Source: a virus. Taken from it: DNA of 64,000 bases. The notes below the pieces were generated by a model that was not told where the DNA came from, did no database searches, and was given only the letters and a program-made list of their open reading frames with translations. The stretch spans positions 7,367 to 71,366 of the IMG/VR virus record IMGVR_UViG_3300017978_000154; one strand, written 5' to 3'. A program made the translations under genes and the position numbers. This document shows, one piece after another, positions 8,272 to 17,063 of this stretch; the first letter of the stretch is position 1, and each line of letters begins with the position of its first letter.

Positions 8272-8296
8272 GGGAGCTTAACGCTCCCTTTTTTAT
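8272..8296 (+). terminator. Rho-independent terminator (GGGAGC-ttaac-GCTCCC followed by TTTTTTATTT)
   Basis: Perfect 6-bp GC-rich stem plus T-run, seen directly. Ends the plus-strand lysis cluster. Confidence 0.7.
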
Positions 8297-8462
8297 TTGC
8301 GCATTTTAAACCAATATGTTGTTTGTAATACTCTCATCACGTGATCGCCAGTTGTGTTATTCCATTTAGCTGCCCACTCGACGAAATGTGACCAATCCCT
8401 TTCAGGATCCTCTTGCTCCTGACACCACGCTTGATACATATGGTGTAAAGTATAAGGTGTCA

Positions 8463-8984
8463 TTACTTAGCCAATGGATTGTCCAGCGCTCTTTGAATCT
8501 TACGATCCACGCTGTTGTCTAACGCTTTAAGTTCTTTACGAACTTCGTTTACGTCCTGAGTTGTTTCACGTTGGCTTTGCTTTGCGCCACGTTCTACTGA
8601 ATCAACAATACCTTCCAAACGACGAATGTCGCTCTTTAAGTCGTTCTTAATATCTTGCGTGTATTGAACAGACTTCTCAGACTTTTCCACTACGATATCC
8701 ATCTTAGCTTGTAGCTCTGATAGGTCAGGTGCAACATATTCAGCGATACGCTTCTTCATTGATTGATAATCTTTGTACGTTTCAAACGCACCGTACAAAC
8801 CACCAAGGATAGAAGAAACTAGAGTGAACGCTACCATTAACTTGGCTGGAGTAAATTCATACCCACCAATGCTAATAACAGTGTTTGCACTAGCATACTT
8901 CTTTACTGCATCTTCAGCAGCGTCAATCTTGGCATTGACATCTTTAATTTCTTCAGACATATTACTCTCCGTATTGTGAGCCAA
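8463..8984 (-). CDS. Membrane-anchored coiled-coil protein, hypothetical
   Basis: One TM segment (LMVAFTLVSSILGGLYGAF) followed by a heptad-rich charged region. Confidence 0.4.
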   Translation of the reverse strand: MAHNTESNMSEEIKDVNAKIDAAEDAVKKYASANTVISIGGYEFTPAKLMVAFTLVSSILGGLYGAFETYKDYQSMKKRIAEYVAPDLSELQAKMDIVVEKSEKSVQYTQDIKNDLKSDIRRLEGIVDSVERGAKQSQRETTQDVNEVRKELKALDNSVDRKIQRALDNPLAK

Positions 8985-10566
8985 CTAGCTCGTTATGTAG
9001 ACGATCGGATGGTCCATACAACCCCATGCCTAATCTTCTATTGTCTACGTTCTTTTGATTATTGTAGACAGTGAAAGGTTTATAACCAACAACGTCTGGC
9101 ACTACTGATTTACCATACGCATCAAATCCTGGCGTGAAACCCATAGCTTGGATTACCACGTTCTGTACTTGCTTCTGCGATTCCATGTCCGCAGCCTTAC
9201 CCATTTCATTGGCTAAGTTCTTACCCTTTTCAACCGCATCTTTCTTAGCAGCTTCTGCTCTACGTTCAGCTAACTGTTGACGAGCAGAAGGTTGAGGCTT
9301 CTCGCCACCTTGAGCTTGCTGAGGTGCTGGTGCAGCTGGTTTATCGGCAACTGCTGGCTTTTCCACTGCCGCTGGTGCTGGCGCAGGTGCCTGTACTAAA
9401 GGGACAGTGGCTGTTGCTGCTTGAGCTGGTGATGCTGAAGTGGCAGATGTGGTAACAACTTCATTAACTACTGGATCAGACACCACGGCAACTGCAGTAG
9501 TTTCTGTTGTAGTCGTTGGAGCCATTGCTGCAACTGTACCAGCTGTTGCTATTGTTGATGCTGTTCCTTGCTTTTCGAACAGCATTTTCTTGGCGTAAGC
9601 TGTAGCATAATTAGGGCAAGTTGTTGAGTACAATCCATTAAGATTGCACTGTTGTGTAAAATACGCTTGTTCATATCCTGGACAAGCAGAATTGTAGAGT
9701 GCATTCGTTGAGCATTGCTGATTGAAGTACGCTGTTTCATATCCTGGACAAGTAGTTGAGTAAAGAGGGTTAACAGAACACTGATAATTTAGGTACGCAT
9801 TAGCATATCCTGGGCAGCTTGGATCGTGTAAAGCATTAACTGTGCATTGCTGTGTAAAGTAAGCAGCAGCATATCCTGGACATTGTGGGCTATAAAGGGC
9901 ACTTGCAGAACATTGTAGGTTTAAATAAGCTGCAGCGTAACCTGAGCATGTAGTAGATGATAGCGGATCGGCTGCACATGTATCAACACCATAGTTCATT
10001 TTTAAACTAACGTTGCGAACCTTTGGTCCGTAGTAACCACCCCAGAAACCACCATCTCTGCCGCTGAACTGAACAGTTAAGTTACCAAAGTCAGAAGGAA
10101 CTCCTGGGTTCTCGTAGTTGACAGTACCACTGAAAGTAGTCCAGTCGAACTTGGTGTTATAAACCCAAGTGTCAGTTCTTCTTACTGAAGTGTTATTATA
10201 GTTTAGAGTGTAAACGTTTGCGTATAGTGTATCAACGCCACCTTGACGGTTATCGCCGTTCAGGTTGTTAATATCCCAAGAGTATGAATACCCTCTAACT
10301 TGTATACCTGAGCCAACGTTTGATAGTGCTTGATTGATTGCGAATGTCTGAGCGACAGTCGACTGCATATAACTGAAGTGGATTGTATTAGTGGCTGGGT
10401 CGTAAAGAGCTCCTGGACCACCAGTGCAACAATCATTTGGTTTTGAGCCTGTGACTACACCTGACCACGTATGAGCAGTCCCAGATGTAATTAGATTTGG
10501 CGTTGACTGATCCTGAGCGTGAGCGAAAGAAACTGTCAACCACAAAATGGCTAACAGCTTCTTCAT
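8962..10566 (-). CDS. Secreted protein with six tandem ~20-aa Cys-containing repeats (CPGYxxAYxxQQCxxNxLYSxx) and an Ala/Pro-rich C-terminal region
   Basis: N-terminal signal peptide MKKLLAILWLTVSFAHA. Repeats visible at protein and DNA level. Confidence 0.6.
   Translation of the reverse strand: MKKLLAILWLTVSFAHAQDQSTPNLITSGTAHTWSGVVTGSKPNDCCTGGPGALYDPATNTIHFSYMQSTVAQTFAINQALSNVGSGIQVRGYSYSWDINNLNGDNRQGGVDTLYANVYTLNYNNTSVRRTDTWVYNTKFDWTTFSGTVNYENPGVPSDFGNLTVQFSGRDGGFWGGYYGPKVRNVSLKMNYGVDTCAADPLSSTTCSGYAAAYLNLQCSASALYSPQCPGYAAAYFTQQCTVNALHDPSCPGYANAYLNYQCSVNPLYSTTCPGYETAYFNQQCSTNALYNSACPGYEQAYFTQQCNLNGLYSTTCPNYATAYAKKMLFEKQGTASTIATAGTVAAMAPTTTTETTAVAVVSDPVVNEVVTTSATSASPAQAATATVPLVQAPAPAPAAVEKPAVADKPAAPAPQQAQGGEKPQPSARQQLAERRAEAAKKDAVEKGKNLANEMGKAADMESQKQVQNVVIQAMGFTPGFDAYGKSVVPDVVGYKPFTVYNNQKNVDNRRLGMGLYGPSDRLHNELVGSQYGE
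9592..9978. repeat. Coding tandem repeat, about six units of 60-63 nt (atatcctggacaag... cores)
   Basis: Periodic recurrence of atatcctggaca/atatcctgggca at about 9665, 9733, 9793 and 9868, inside the 8962..10566 CDS. Confidence 0.7.
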
Positions 10567-11054
10567 TACTTCTTCTCAGGAGTTGGGACGATTGTATCGT
10601 CTTCTTTGATACGACCCTTTGCCTTCCAAATCTCTTTAGCGTTCTCGCCGATCTTACCTTGCACTGGGCATGGTGTACCTGCGTCTAACATAGCTTGGAA
10701 AACACGATCGTCTTGGCATAATGTTGCTACCGCTGCAACCTTCATACCCATATCATATAGATTCTTCGAAAGTTTGATTCTTTCGCAATTCATATCCCTA
10801 GTTGTACCACCCATAGAGATACCAAGAATCTGCGTCTGAACTGCACCACTTGCGGCAGTGGCACATACGTCATTATTAATTGTTGTGATTGCTGGAGCCA
10901 CGGCTGTTGGCGGTGGCGATTTTACTGTTGTAGTACTGTTGCTTGTAGTCTCAGAATAAGATCTACTTGTCGAATCAGTTACGATTGGGTCAACTGCCCA
11001 AGCGTTTAATGTAGTCATAACAAAAAGCGACATCACACATAGCTTTTTGTACAT
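10566..11054 (-). CDS. Secreted small protein (signal peptide, Ser/Thr-rich linker, 4-Cys C-terminal domain)
   Basis: MYKKLCVMSLFVMTTLNAWA signal-like N-terminus. Translationally coupled to the downstream repeat protein. Confidence 0.45.
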   Translation of the reverse strand: MYKKLCVMSLFVMTTLNAWAVDPIVTDSTSRSYSETTSNSTTTVKSPPPTAVAPAITTINNDVCATAASGAVQTQILGISMGGTTRDMNCERIKLSKNLYDMGMKVAAVATLCQDDRVFQAMLDAGTPCPVQGKIGENAKEIWKAKGRIKEDDTIVPTPEKK

Positions 11055-11202
11055 GGCTTTTGCCCTCCTAACTCCTCACCCTTGGAGCCAGACACAACCC
11101 GTCTGTTGTTATTATATTAGGTGATAACACTATTTAGGTATCCGCAGTCTTTGCAAACGTCCTTGAATAGGTTTAATGCTCCACAAAATTTACATTCATA
11201 CT

Positions 11203-12342
11203 TCATTTTTTATTCAACTTTTCAATATCGTCTTCGATAGTACCAACCTTGTTTAAGAAGGATTGTACTTTACGTTTCTTTTCTTGTTCCAACAGTTCTG
11301 ATTCGTATCTACCCATTTCTTTTTCGGTAGATTTAACACCAACTCTGCTGTAAAGTTCTGGTTCCCAGTCTTTCTTGACCTCAACCTCAACATGATCATC
11401 AAATAATAGATCGTCCTCAGTTTCTAAAACTTTAGGGCTTTCTTCACCTTTAATCTCTAACGTGCCTTCTTCTATACCTTTTTTGACGGCTTCCTGTAAT
11501 TCAGGGAAATCGCTTATTGGGCGAGGCTCCGTTAGATTTAACTCTTTGTTCTTATCAAAGAACTCTTGAAGAGGGTGTGGTTTTTCTTCACCCTTTTCTT
11601 TCTTCATCTGCCAGTTAGCGGCAATCAGCAATAGAACGGCTAGTGGATCAAACACTAGCACGATCATCATGATTACAATTCGGACGGCTTTTTCGAGTAT
11701 CTCTTCGCTGGCGCTTTCTTCGTAGATGAGCGCTGCGATGTATTTGATTGGTCCGACTTCGGCTTCGACTTTACGGACTTCGCTGGCGATTGGGGCTCTT
11801 TCTTCGTTGTACTTGGCGACCTTGGTTTGCGCTTCACCGATTTCGGAGAGGAGTCTTGCTCTTTCTTTTTGCTGCCCTCTACGGATGGCAACGGCTCTGT
11901 CTGCTCCACTGGCTTCGGTTGTTCTTGCGATGGTTTGATCAACTTGTTGATCCAGTTGAGAAATTTGCTTACGAGCTGCATCTATATTTTCCTTTTCAGT
12001 TTTAATTTTTTCATCTATCAGAGATAACTTAGCTGCAACGTCGCCAGTTGGGACTGCTTGGTCTAGGTGAGCTTTAGACAGATAACCAAAGATACCCATT
12101 GACGTTAGCATCATTAAGACTACCAACGCAACGGTGAAATAGCCCATCATTAGTTTTGGAATCTCTTTCCAGCTACGATATAGCCAAGATGCCACAACTA
12201 ATTTGGACACTTCAAGTAGAGAACCCATGATGAAAATTGGAATTGCGGCTGCAGCAAAGATCGCCACTAGACCCATGATCGAGTAGTAAGCTGCCACTGC
12301 GGATAAACCCAGTGCTGTTCCGAATAGTAAATATGCCATCAT
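11203..12342 (-). CDS. Polytopic membrane protein (about 4 TM) with a long coiled-coil and acidic C-terminus
   Basis: Hydrophobic N-terminal 120 aa followed by charged heptad-rich sequence. The overlapping 11673..11981 ORF in another frame is judged spurious. Confidence 0.45.
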   Translation of the reverse strand: MMAYLLFGTALGLSAVAAYYSIMGLVAIFAAAAIPIFIMGSLLEVSKLVVASWLYRSWKEIPKLMMGYFTVALVVLMMLTSMGIFGYLSKAHLDQAVPTGDVAAKLSLIDEKIKTEKENIDAARKQISQLDQQVDQTIARTTEASGADRAVAIRRGQQKERARLLSEIGEAQTKVAKYNEERAPIASEVRKVEAEVGPIKYIAALIYEESASEEILEKAVRIVIMMIVLVFDPLAVLLLIAANWQMKKEKGEEKPHPLQEFFDKNKELNLTEPRPISDFPELQEAVKKGIEEGTLEIKGEESPKVLETEDDLLFDDHVEVEVKKDWEPELYSRVGVKSTEKEMGRYESELLEQEKKRKVQSFLNKVGTIEDDIEKLNKK

Positions 12343-12764
12343 AGTTTATTTAAGATATGAGAACCATGAACACGAACGCTAATCTGTCCGTTGTAATAAT
12401 CCGTGGTTTCCAACACTCTCCTTGTAAATTGTTCGCGAGCCTCAACGTAAGAACATTCAGCTTTTGATTTACAGAAAAACAAAATCTCCCTGCGGAAGTT
12501 ATCCTTCCCAAGGAGCTCTACATCTTTATTTAGTTCTATGCTAGAGCCATAGTAGTCTAGCCAATCAGAGTCTATTTTTGACTTGATCTTCTTTTTCTTC
12601 TTAGTGCCGTTCTTTAAAGTGACGGTCTTATAAGAAGTCTTGCTAAACTTAGCAAGTTTCTTACCAATATATTTGCGATCGCTGGTGAGGTTTGTGATTA
12701 AGTATACAAACCCCACGCAGTCGTCTGGTAATTCAGTAATTTGTTCGTTATTATAAAGCCACAT
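12339..12764 (-). CDS. GIY-YIG-like domain protein (Seg/Tev-type homing endonuclease-like; possibly degenerate)
   Basis: GFVYLITNLTSDRKYIGKK matches the GIY-(10-11)-YIG spacing of I-TevI/Seg N-termini. The downstream catalytic R/H/E residues are not obvious. Confidence 0.4.
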   Translation of the reverse strand: MWLYNNEQITELPDDCVGFVYLITNLTSDRKYIGKKLAKFSKTSYKTVTLKNGTKKKKKIKSKIDSDWLDYYGSSIELNKDVELLGKDNFRREILFFCKSKAECSYVEAREQFTRRVLETTDYYNGQISVRVHGSHILNKL

Positions 12765-12792
12765 TGAATAAAATAGTTCGTAAAGAAACTAT

Positions 12793-12939
12793 TTATTCTT
12801 CGTGGTCTTCATCGTCTTCTTCGTAAATGTCCGCTGAACAAACAGGGCAGTAAACGATATCTTCTAGTCTTTCTTCAGACTTGATGATAATTTTACCGTA
12901 TGCCCCGCATTCTTGGCATTCAAAATGCTTAGTTGCCAT
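12793..12939 (-). CDS. Small zinc-ribbon protein, 48 aa (CxxC...CxxC)
   Basis: Manual translation gives MATKHFECQECGAYGKIIIKSEERLEDIVYCPVCSADIYEEDDEDHEE. Below the track cutoff. Confidence 0.35.
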   Translation of the reverse strand: MATKHFECQECGAYGKIIIKSEERLEDIVYCPVCSADIYEEDDEDHEE

Positions 12940-12947
12940 ATTTCCCC

Positions 12948-13403
12948 TTACAGAGCAAACACAATGTAAGCTCTAGCTGTTTTTGGTTTACACACATAAT
13001 CAACACCAGCTGGAATATAAACTAAATCGCCTGGCTCTAACAATCTTTCTTGATCATTAACACTTAGTTCGCTATGACCAATAGTGTTCCAAATAAGAAC
13101 ATCATTCTCGCTGGTGTATTTATAGTCACCCTTTGTTGTAAGGGTAACATACATATCAACACCTTTGATTTCCGCAGCAAGGTTTTCACTAAGATATTCT
13201 TTAACGGGAGCAATGCTGTCGATTTGATCAGCAACTGGAAGTTTATAGTACATGATACCAATTGGTTCTCCAACTTGGTTATCAGCACAGTGAGCCAGAT
13301 AACCAATTGCAGTTTCCCAAAGGAAAGTTGGTTGGATAGCTTTTGAAACTACCGTCGGAATCTTACCAGCGATTCGTTCGTTTAATTGCTCCATTAAGCC
13401 CAT
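12948..13403 (-). CDS. Cupin-like hypothetical protein
   Basis: GDLVYIPAGVDY beta-barrel cupin-type motif. Co-transcribed downstream of nrdB. Confidence 0.3.
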   Translation of the reverse strand: MGLMEQLNERIAGKIPTVVSKAIQPTFLWETAIGYLAHCADNQVGEPIGIMYYKLPVADQIDSIAPVKEYLSENLAAEIKGVDMYVTLTTKGDYKYTSENDVLIWNTIGHSELSVNDQERLLEPGDLVYIPAGVDYVCKPKTARAYIVFAL

Positions 13404-14374
13404 ACATCACTCCACGATCCAGTAAGTGCACCTTTAGCGTAGTCAGTAACACGGTTCTCGAAGAAGTTACCGTGCACAGGTGCGTTAATCATTTCTTCAA
13501 CCCATGGTAGTGGGTTCTTCTTAACTTTAAAGATACCCTTCATACCCAAAGAGATAAGACGACGATCAGCAATGTAACGGATATACTTCTTAACGTCTTC
13601 AGCAGACAGGTCTCTCATATCACCGCTTTGGTAGCACAAGTCGATAAACTTGTCTTCTAGTTCAACCATCTTTTCAGCGATTGAATAGATTTTGCCTTTG
13701 AGTTCGTCGTTCCAGATCTCTGGATTCTCTTTGACGTATTCCTTGAACAAGCGCATCATGTTCTCAGCATGCATCGTTTCGTCAACGATAGACCAAGTGA
13801 CGATTTGACCCATACCCTTCATCATACCGTGACGAGGGAAGTTCAATAGCATAATGAATGATGAGAACAACTGCATACCTTCAGTGAACGCTGAGAACAC
13901 GGCAATGTGTTCAGCAACGCTGGCAGCTGTACCGTTCTTGCTAGAGATATCTAACACATAGTCGTGCTTGTCTTTCATCTCTTGGTATTCCAAGAACTGA
14001 TTGTAAGTAGTCTCTGGTAAACCTAGTGTTTCAATCAAGTGAGAATATGCAGCAATGTGTAATGCTTCACGTGCAGCAAAGCCCATCAACATCATGCGGA
14101 TCTCAGGTTGAGGGAAATGAGGTAAGTAGTTATTTACATAACCACCAGCAACGTCAATGTCACCCTGTGTAAAGAAACGGAAGATGTTAGTTAGAAAAGT
14201 CTTTTCCTCAGCAGTCAAAGACTTCTTCCACTGTTTAACGTCTTCAGCCATAGGCACTTCAGTGTGGAGCCAGTGAGCTTGTTCGTGTTTCAACCAAGCC
14301 TCATATGCCCACGGATAGTTGAACGGTTTAAAGTTCGTTCTGCTATCGGTAAGTTTGTAATTCTTTTTAACCAT
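13394..14374 (-). CDS. nrdB: Ribonucleotide reductase class I small (beta) subunit
   Basis: Ferritin-like diiron motifs (REALH ... FTEGMQLFSSF ... DETMHAE). Adjacent to nrdA. Confidence 0.85.
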   Translation of the reverse strand: MVKKNYKLTDSRTNFKPFNYPWAYEAWLKHEQAHWLHTEVPMAEDVKQWKKSLTAEEKTFLTNIFRFFTQGDIDVAGGYVNNYLPHFPQPEIRMMLMGFAAREALHIAAYSHLIETLGLPETTYNQFLEYQEMKDKHDYVLDISSKNGTAASVAEHIAVFSAFTEGMQLFSSFIMLLNFPRHGMMKGMGQIVTWSIVDETMHAENMMRLFKEYVKENPEIWNDELKGKIYSIAEKMVELEDKFIDLCYQSGDMRDLSAEDVKKYIRYIADRRLISLGMKGIFKVKKNPLPWVEEMINAPVHGNFFENRVTDYAKGALTGSWSDVWA

Positions 14375-14562
14375 TATTCTTTGTCCAATTCTAATTCTAT
14401 CATTTCGTCCGTGATATGGACGCCAACAACTTCACGATAACCTTCTGGTGTTAATACAACCACTTTAACCTTTTTAAGAGTTTTGTGAATCTCACCGCTA
14501 TTCTTTGGGTAGAGAGCACACCAGTATTTTTTGATTTTATCAGAGATGTCGTAAGCGTCCAT
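14374..14562 (-). CDS. Hypothetical 62-aa protein between nrdA and nrdB
   Basis: ORF track. ATGA coupling at both ends. Confidence 0.3.
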   Translation of the reverse strand: MDAYDISDKIKKYWCALYPKNSGEIHKTLKKVKVVVLTPEGYREVVGVHITDEMIELELDKE

Positions 14563-14566
14563 GGGG

Positions 14567-16366
14567 TCATCCTTCGCAGGCTAGGCAGACTGATTCATCA
14601 CCAGTCATAGCAGTTAAGTCGATTTCTTTAATCACTTCACGTTCAATCTTCTTAGCAACTTTATCTGCCTTGGCGATCTTATCAGAACGACAATAATACA
14701 TAGTCTTCAGTTTTTCTTTCCATGCCATAAAGTGTACAGCGTGGATATATTTAATATGCGAGTCTGGTCTAAAGAAGACATTTAGAGACTGCGCTTGGTC
14801 TATATATACTTGCCTGTCTGCGGCGTGTTGAATGACCCAGCGCTGGTCAATTTCCATAGACGTCTTGAAAACATCTTTGTTCCAGTCGTCCATCCAATCC
14901 AAGTGCTGAACCGAACCATCATTCGCAATAATCGAACTCCAGATTTCTTGGGCATCCGCTTTAGGGTTTGTAGCCACATAATCATTAACTACCTTATCAA
15001 GATACTTGTTCTTATTCAAGTGAGAACCCGATAGAGTGTCTTGGCGATAAGCGTTGGCACGATAAGGTTCAATAGAAGGAGAAGTATTCCCCATGAGAAT
15101 GGAAGAAGAAGCATTGGGAGCAATAGCCATAAGATGACTAAAGCGATTCCCAGTACCAACTGCATCAGGAGCTTCGCCACGCTCAGATCCCAATTCTTTA
15201 TTTGCAACATCTAATTTACCTCTTACATAAGCAAAGATTTGTTTATTCTTACCAACAGCTAGGCTGGATTCCCATGGGATGCTGTTCTTTTGCAAGAAGG
15301 CATGGAAACCCAACGCACCGATACCGATGCTTCGTTCACGCATGGCGGAGAACTTTGCACGTTCGATTGAGGTAGGTGCATGATCAATAAAATGCTGAAG
15401 CACATTGTCAAGCATTTCTGCAACATCACGAAGGAAAGTAGGATCGTTTTTCCACTCATCATAGTATTCAAGGTTCAATGAAGACAAACAACAAACAGCT
15501 GTACGTTCTTCGTTGGTTGGTAAAATAATTTCTGAACACAAGTTTGATTGATGAACACGTAGACCTTTTTCATACAACCACTGTGGTAGTCTACGGTTAG
15601 ACTCATCAATGAAGTGAAGGTATGGCTCACCAGTTTGCATACGCATTTCTAAGATACGCTGCCATAGTTCTTTAGCTGATACAGTTTCACGGACTTCACT
15701 TGACGCTGGGTCAATTAGATTCCATGAGTCATCAGCATTATGATCAAGCATACAACGCTCGATGATTTCCATGAACGCATCAGGGATATTAATACCGTGG
15801 TGCATATTCAGGCAACGCATATTCTGGTCACCTGTTGGTTTGCGCATCTCTAAGAAGTTAATGATATCTGGATGACTAATATCGAGGTAAGCAGCATAAG
15901 AGCCACGACGAGTACGTCCCTGACGATAAGCCAAACTAGACGCATCGTACATTTTGAGGTGAGGCATAACTCCAGTCGATTTATCGTCCGCCGAACGGAT
16001 ACCAAAACCGATGCCAACACCACCGCCAAGCATAGAAAGCCAATTAGTTTCGCTAAGATTATCAACTAGACCCTCCGCTGTGTCTTCGATATAGTTGAGG
16101 AAGCAGCTGATAGGAAGACCACGCTTGCTGCGACCGAAAGAAAGGATAGGTGTAGAATATGAAAGCCAATGCTTGCTGGAATATTCATACAACCTTTGAG
16201 CGTGTTCTGGTGTGCTACCGAACATACTTGATACATACGCGAACCTTTCTTGAGGGGAGACTTCTTCCTCTCTCATATAACTTTCTTTTAGACGAATCTT
16301 CCCAAGTTCATCAAATAGATTATCTCGAGAATAGTCTACCTTAATGCCATGCACAACTTCTTGCAT
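14567..16366 (-). CDS. nrdA: Ribonucleotide reductase class I large (alpha) subunit, short form lacking an N-terminal ATP-cone
   Basis: SNLCSEI active-site Cys-Glu motif and a C-terminal Cys pair (CLACEG). 599 aa. Confidence 0.85.
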   Translation of the reverse strand: MQEVVHGIKVDYSRDNLFDELGKIRLKESYMREEEVSPQERFAYVSSMFGSTPEHAQRLYEYSSKHWLSYSTPILSFGRSKRGLPISCFLNYIEDTAEGLVDNLSETNWLSMLGGGVGIGFGIRSADDKSTGVMPHLKMYDASSLAYRQGRTRRGSYAAYLDISHPDIINFLEMRKPTGDQNMRCLNMHHGINIPDAFMEIIERCMLDHNADDSWNLIDPASSEVRETVSAKELWQRILEMRMQTGEPYLHFIDESNRRLPQWLYEKGLRVHQSNLCSEIILPTNEERTAVCCLSSLNLEYYDEWKNDPTFLRDVAEMLDNVLQHFIDHAPTSIERAKFSAMRERSIGIGALGFHAFLQKNSIPWESSLAVGKNKQIFAYVRGKLDVANKELGSERGEAPDAVGTGNRFSHLMAIAPNASSSILMGNTSPSIEPYRANAYRQDTLSGSHLNKNKYLDKVVNDYVATNPKADAQEIWSSIIANDGSVQHLDWMDDWNKDVFKTSMEIDQRWVIQHAADRQVYIDQAQSLNVFFRPDSHIKYIHAVHFMAWKEKLKTMYYCRSDKIAKADKVAKKIEREVIKEIDLTAMTGDESVCLACEG

Positions 16367-16382
16367 AGATTTCCTTTTTATT

Positions 16383-17063
16383 TTAATTATTGATAATGTC
16401 GTCTACCATAGGGAAGGCTTCAGCAATAGCTTTTGCACACTCTAGAGCGACGTCTCTATGTTCTTCTTGTGTACCGTTTTCTTTACGGAGTTGAATGTAG
16501 TGAATCCAACTGCGGATTGTACCATTCATGTATAAGCGACTTACTGTATTACCTTCTGGTAAGATAGCACGTGCTTGTTCTTTAGCAATACCCTTTTCAA
16601 TAGCTTCAGCATAAGTCGCCTTGACATAATCAATTAGAAACTTTTGCTTAGCATCCCACCACGCTTTTAGGGCAACGTCATTAGTGTGGATGGAGTTTTG
16701 ACGGTTCTTCTGGTCTTGTAGTCTAGCTTCTCTTAGGACAAAGTCTAAGTCCTTAGTTGGATCAGCATAACGTTGGCTGAACTCTTGGAATGAGAATGAA
16801 CGGTGACGAAGAATCTGTCGAGCGATATCACGAGTAGTTTCGATCTCTAGGCATGCTGAGACCATTTCAAGTGGAGACCAGTGTTGGTGTTTGATAAGAT
16901 ACTTGATTAACTTATCAGCTGTGTCCATATTAAATTGGTTAGATGGGTTGCTAACTCTAGCACAGAATGCAATAAGCTCCTGTGCATCGGTCAACCCTTC
17001 ATCATACATACCACGTGCGGGTTTAGAGTAACTAATTAATTTAACTTTCATACTTTTTTCCAA
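16383..17063 (-). CDS. thyX: Flavin-dependent thymidylate synthase ThyX
   Basis: RHRSFSFQEFSQRY matches the ThyX motif RHRx7-8S. 226 aa. Confidence 0.9.
   Translation of the reverse strand: MEKSMKVKLISYSKPARGMYDEGLTDAQELIAFCARVSNPSNQFNMDTADKLIKYLIKHQHWSPLEMVSACLEIETTRDIARQILRHRSFSFQEFSQRYADPTKDLDFVLREARLQDQKNRQNSIHTNDVALKAWWDAKQKFLIDYVKATYAEAIEKGIAKEQARAILPEGNTVSRLYMNGTIRSWIHYIQLRKENGTQEEHRDVALECAKAIAEAFPMVDDIINN

Noticed and set aside
9592-9978. Tandem direct repeats, considered as a possible CRISPR array
   Set aside because: Repeats are about 60 nt with no unique spacers, and lie in frame within a long CDS encoding a repetitive protein. Not a CRISPR.
11673-11981. 102-aa K/S/P-rich ORF
   Set aside because: Alternative frame inside the better-supported 379-aa membrane/coiled-coil protein gene.
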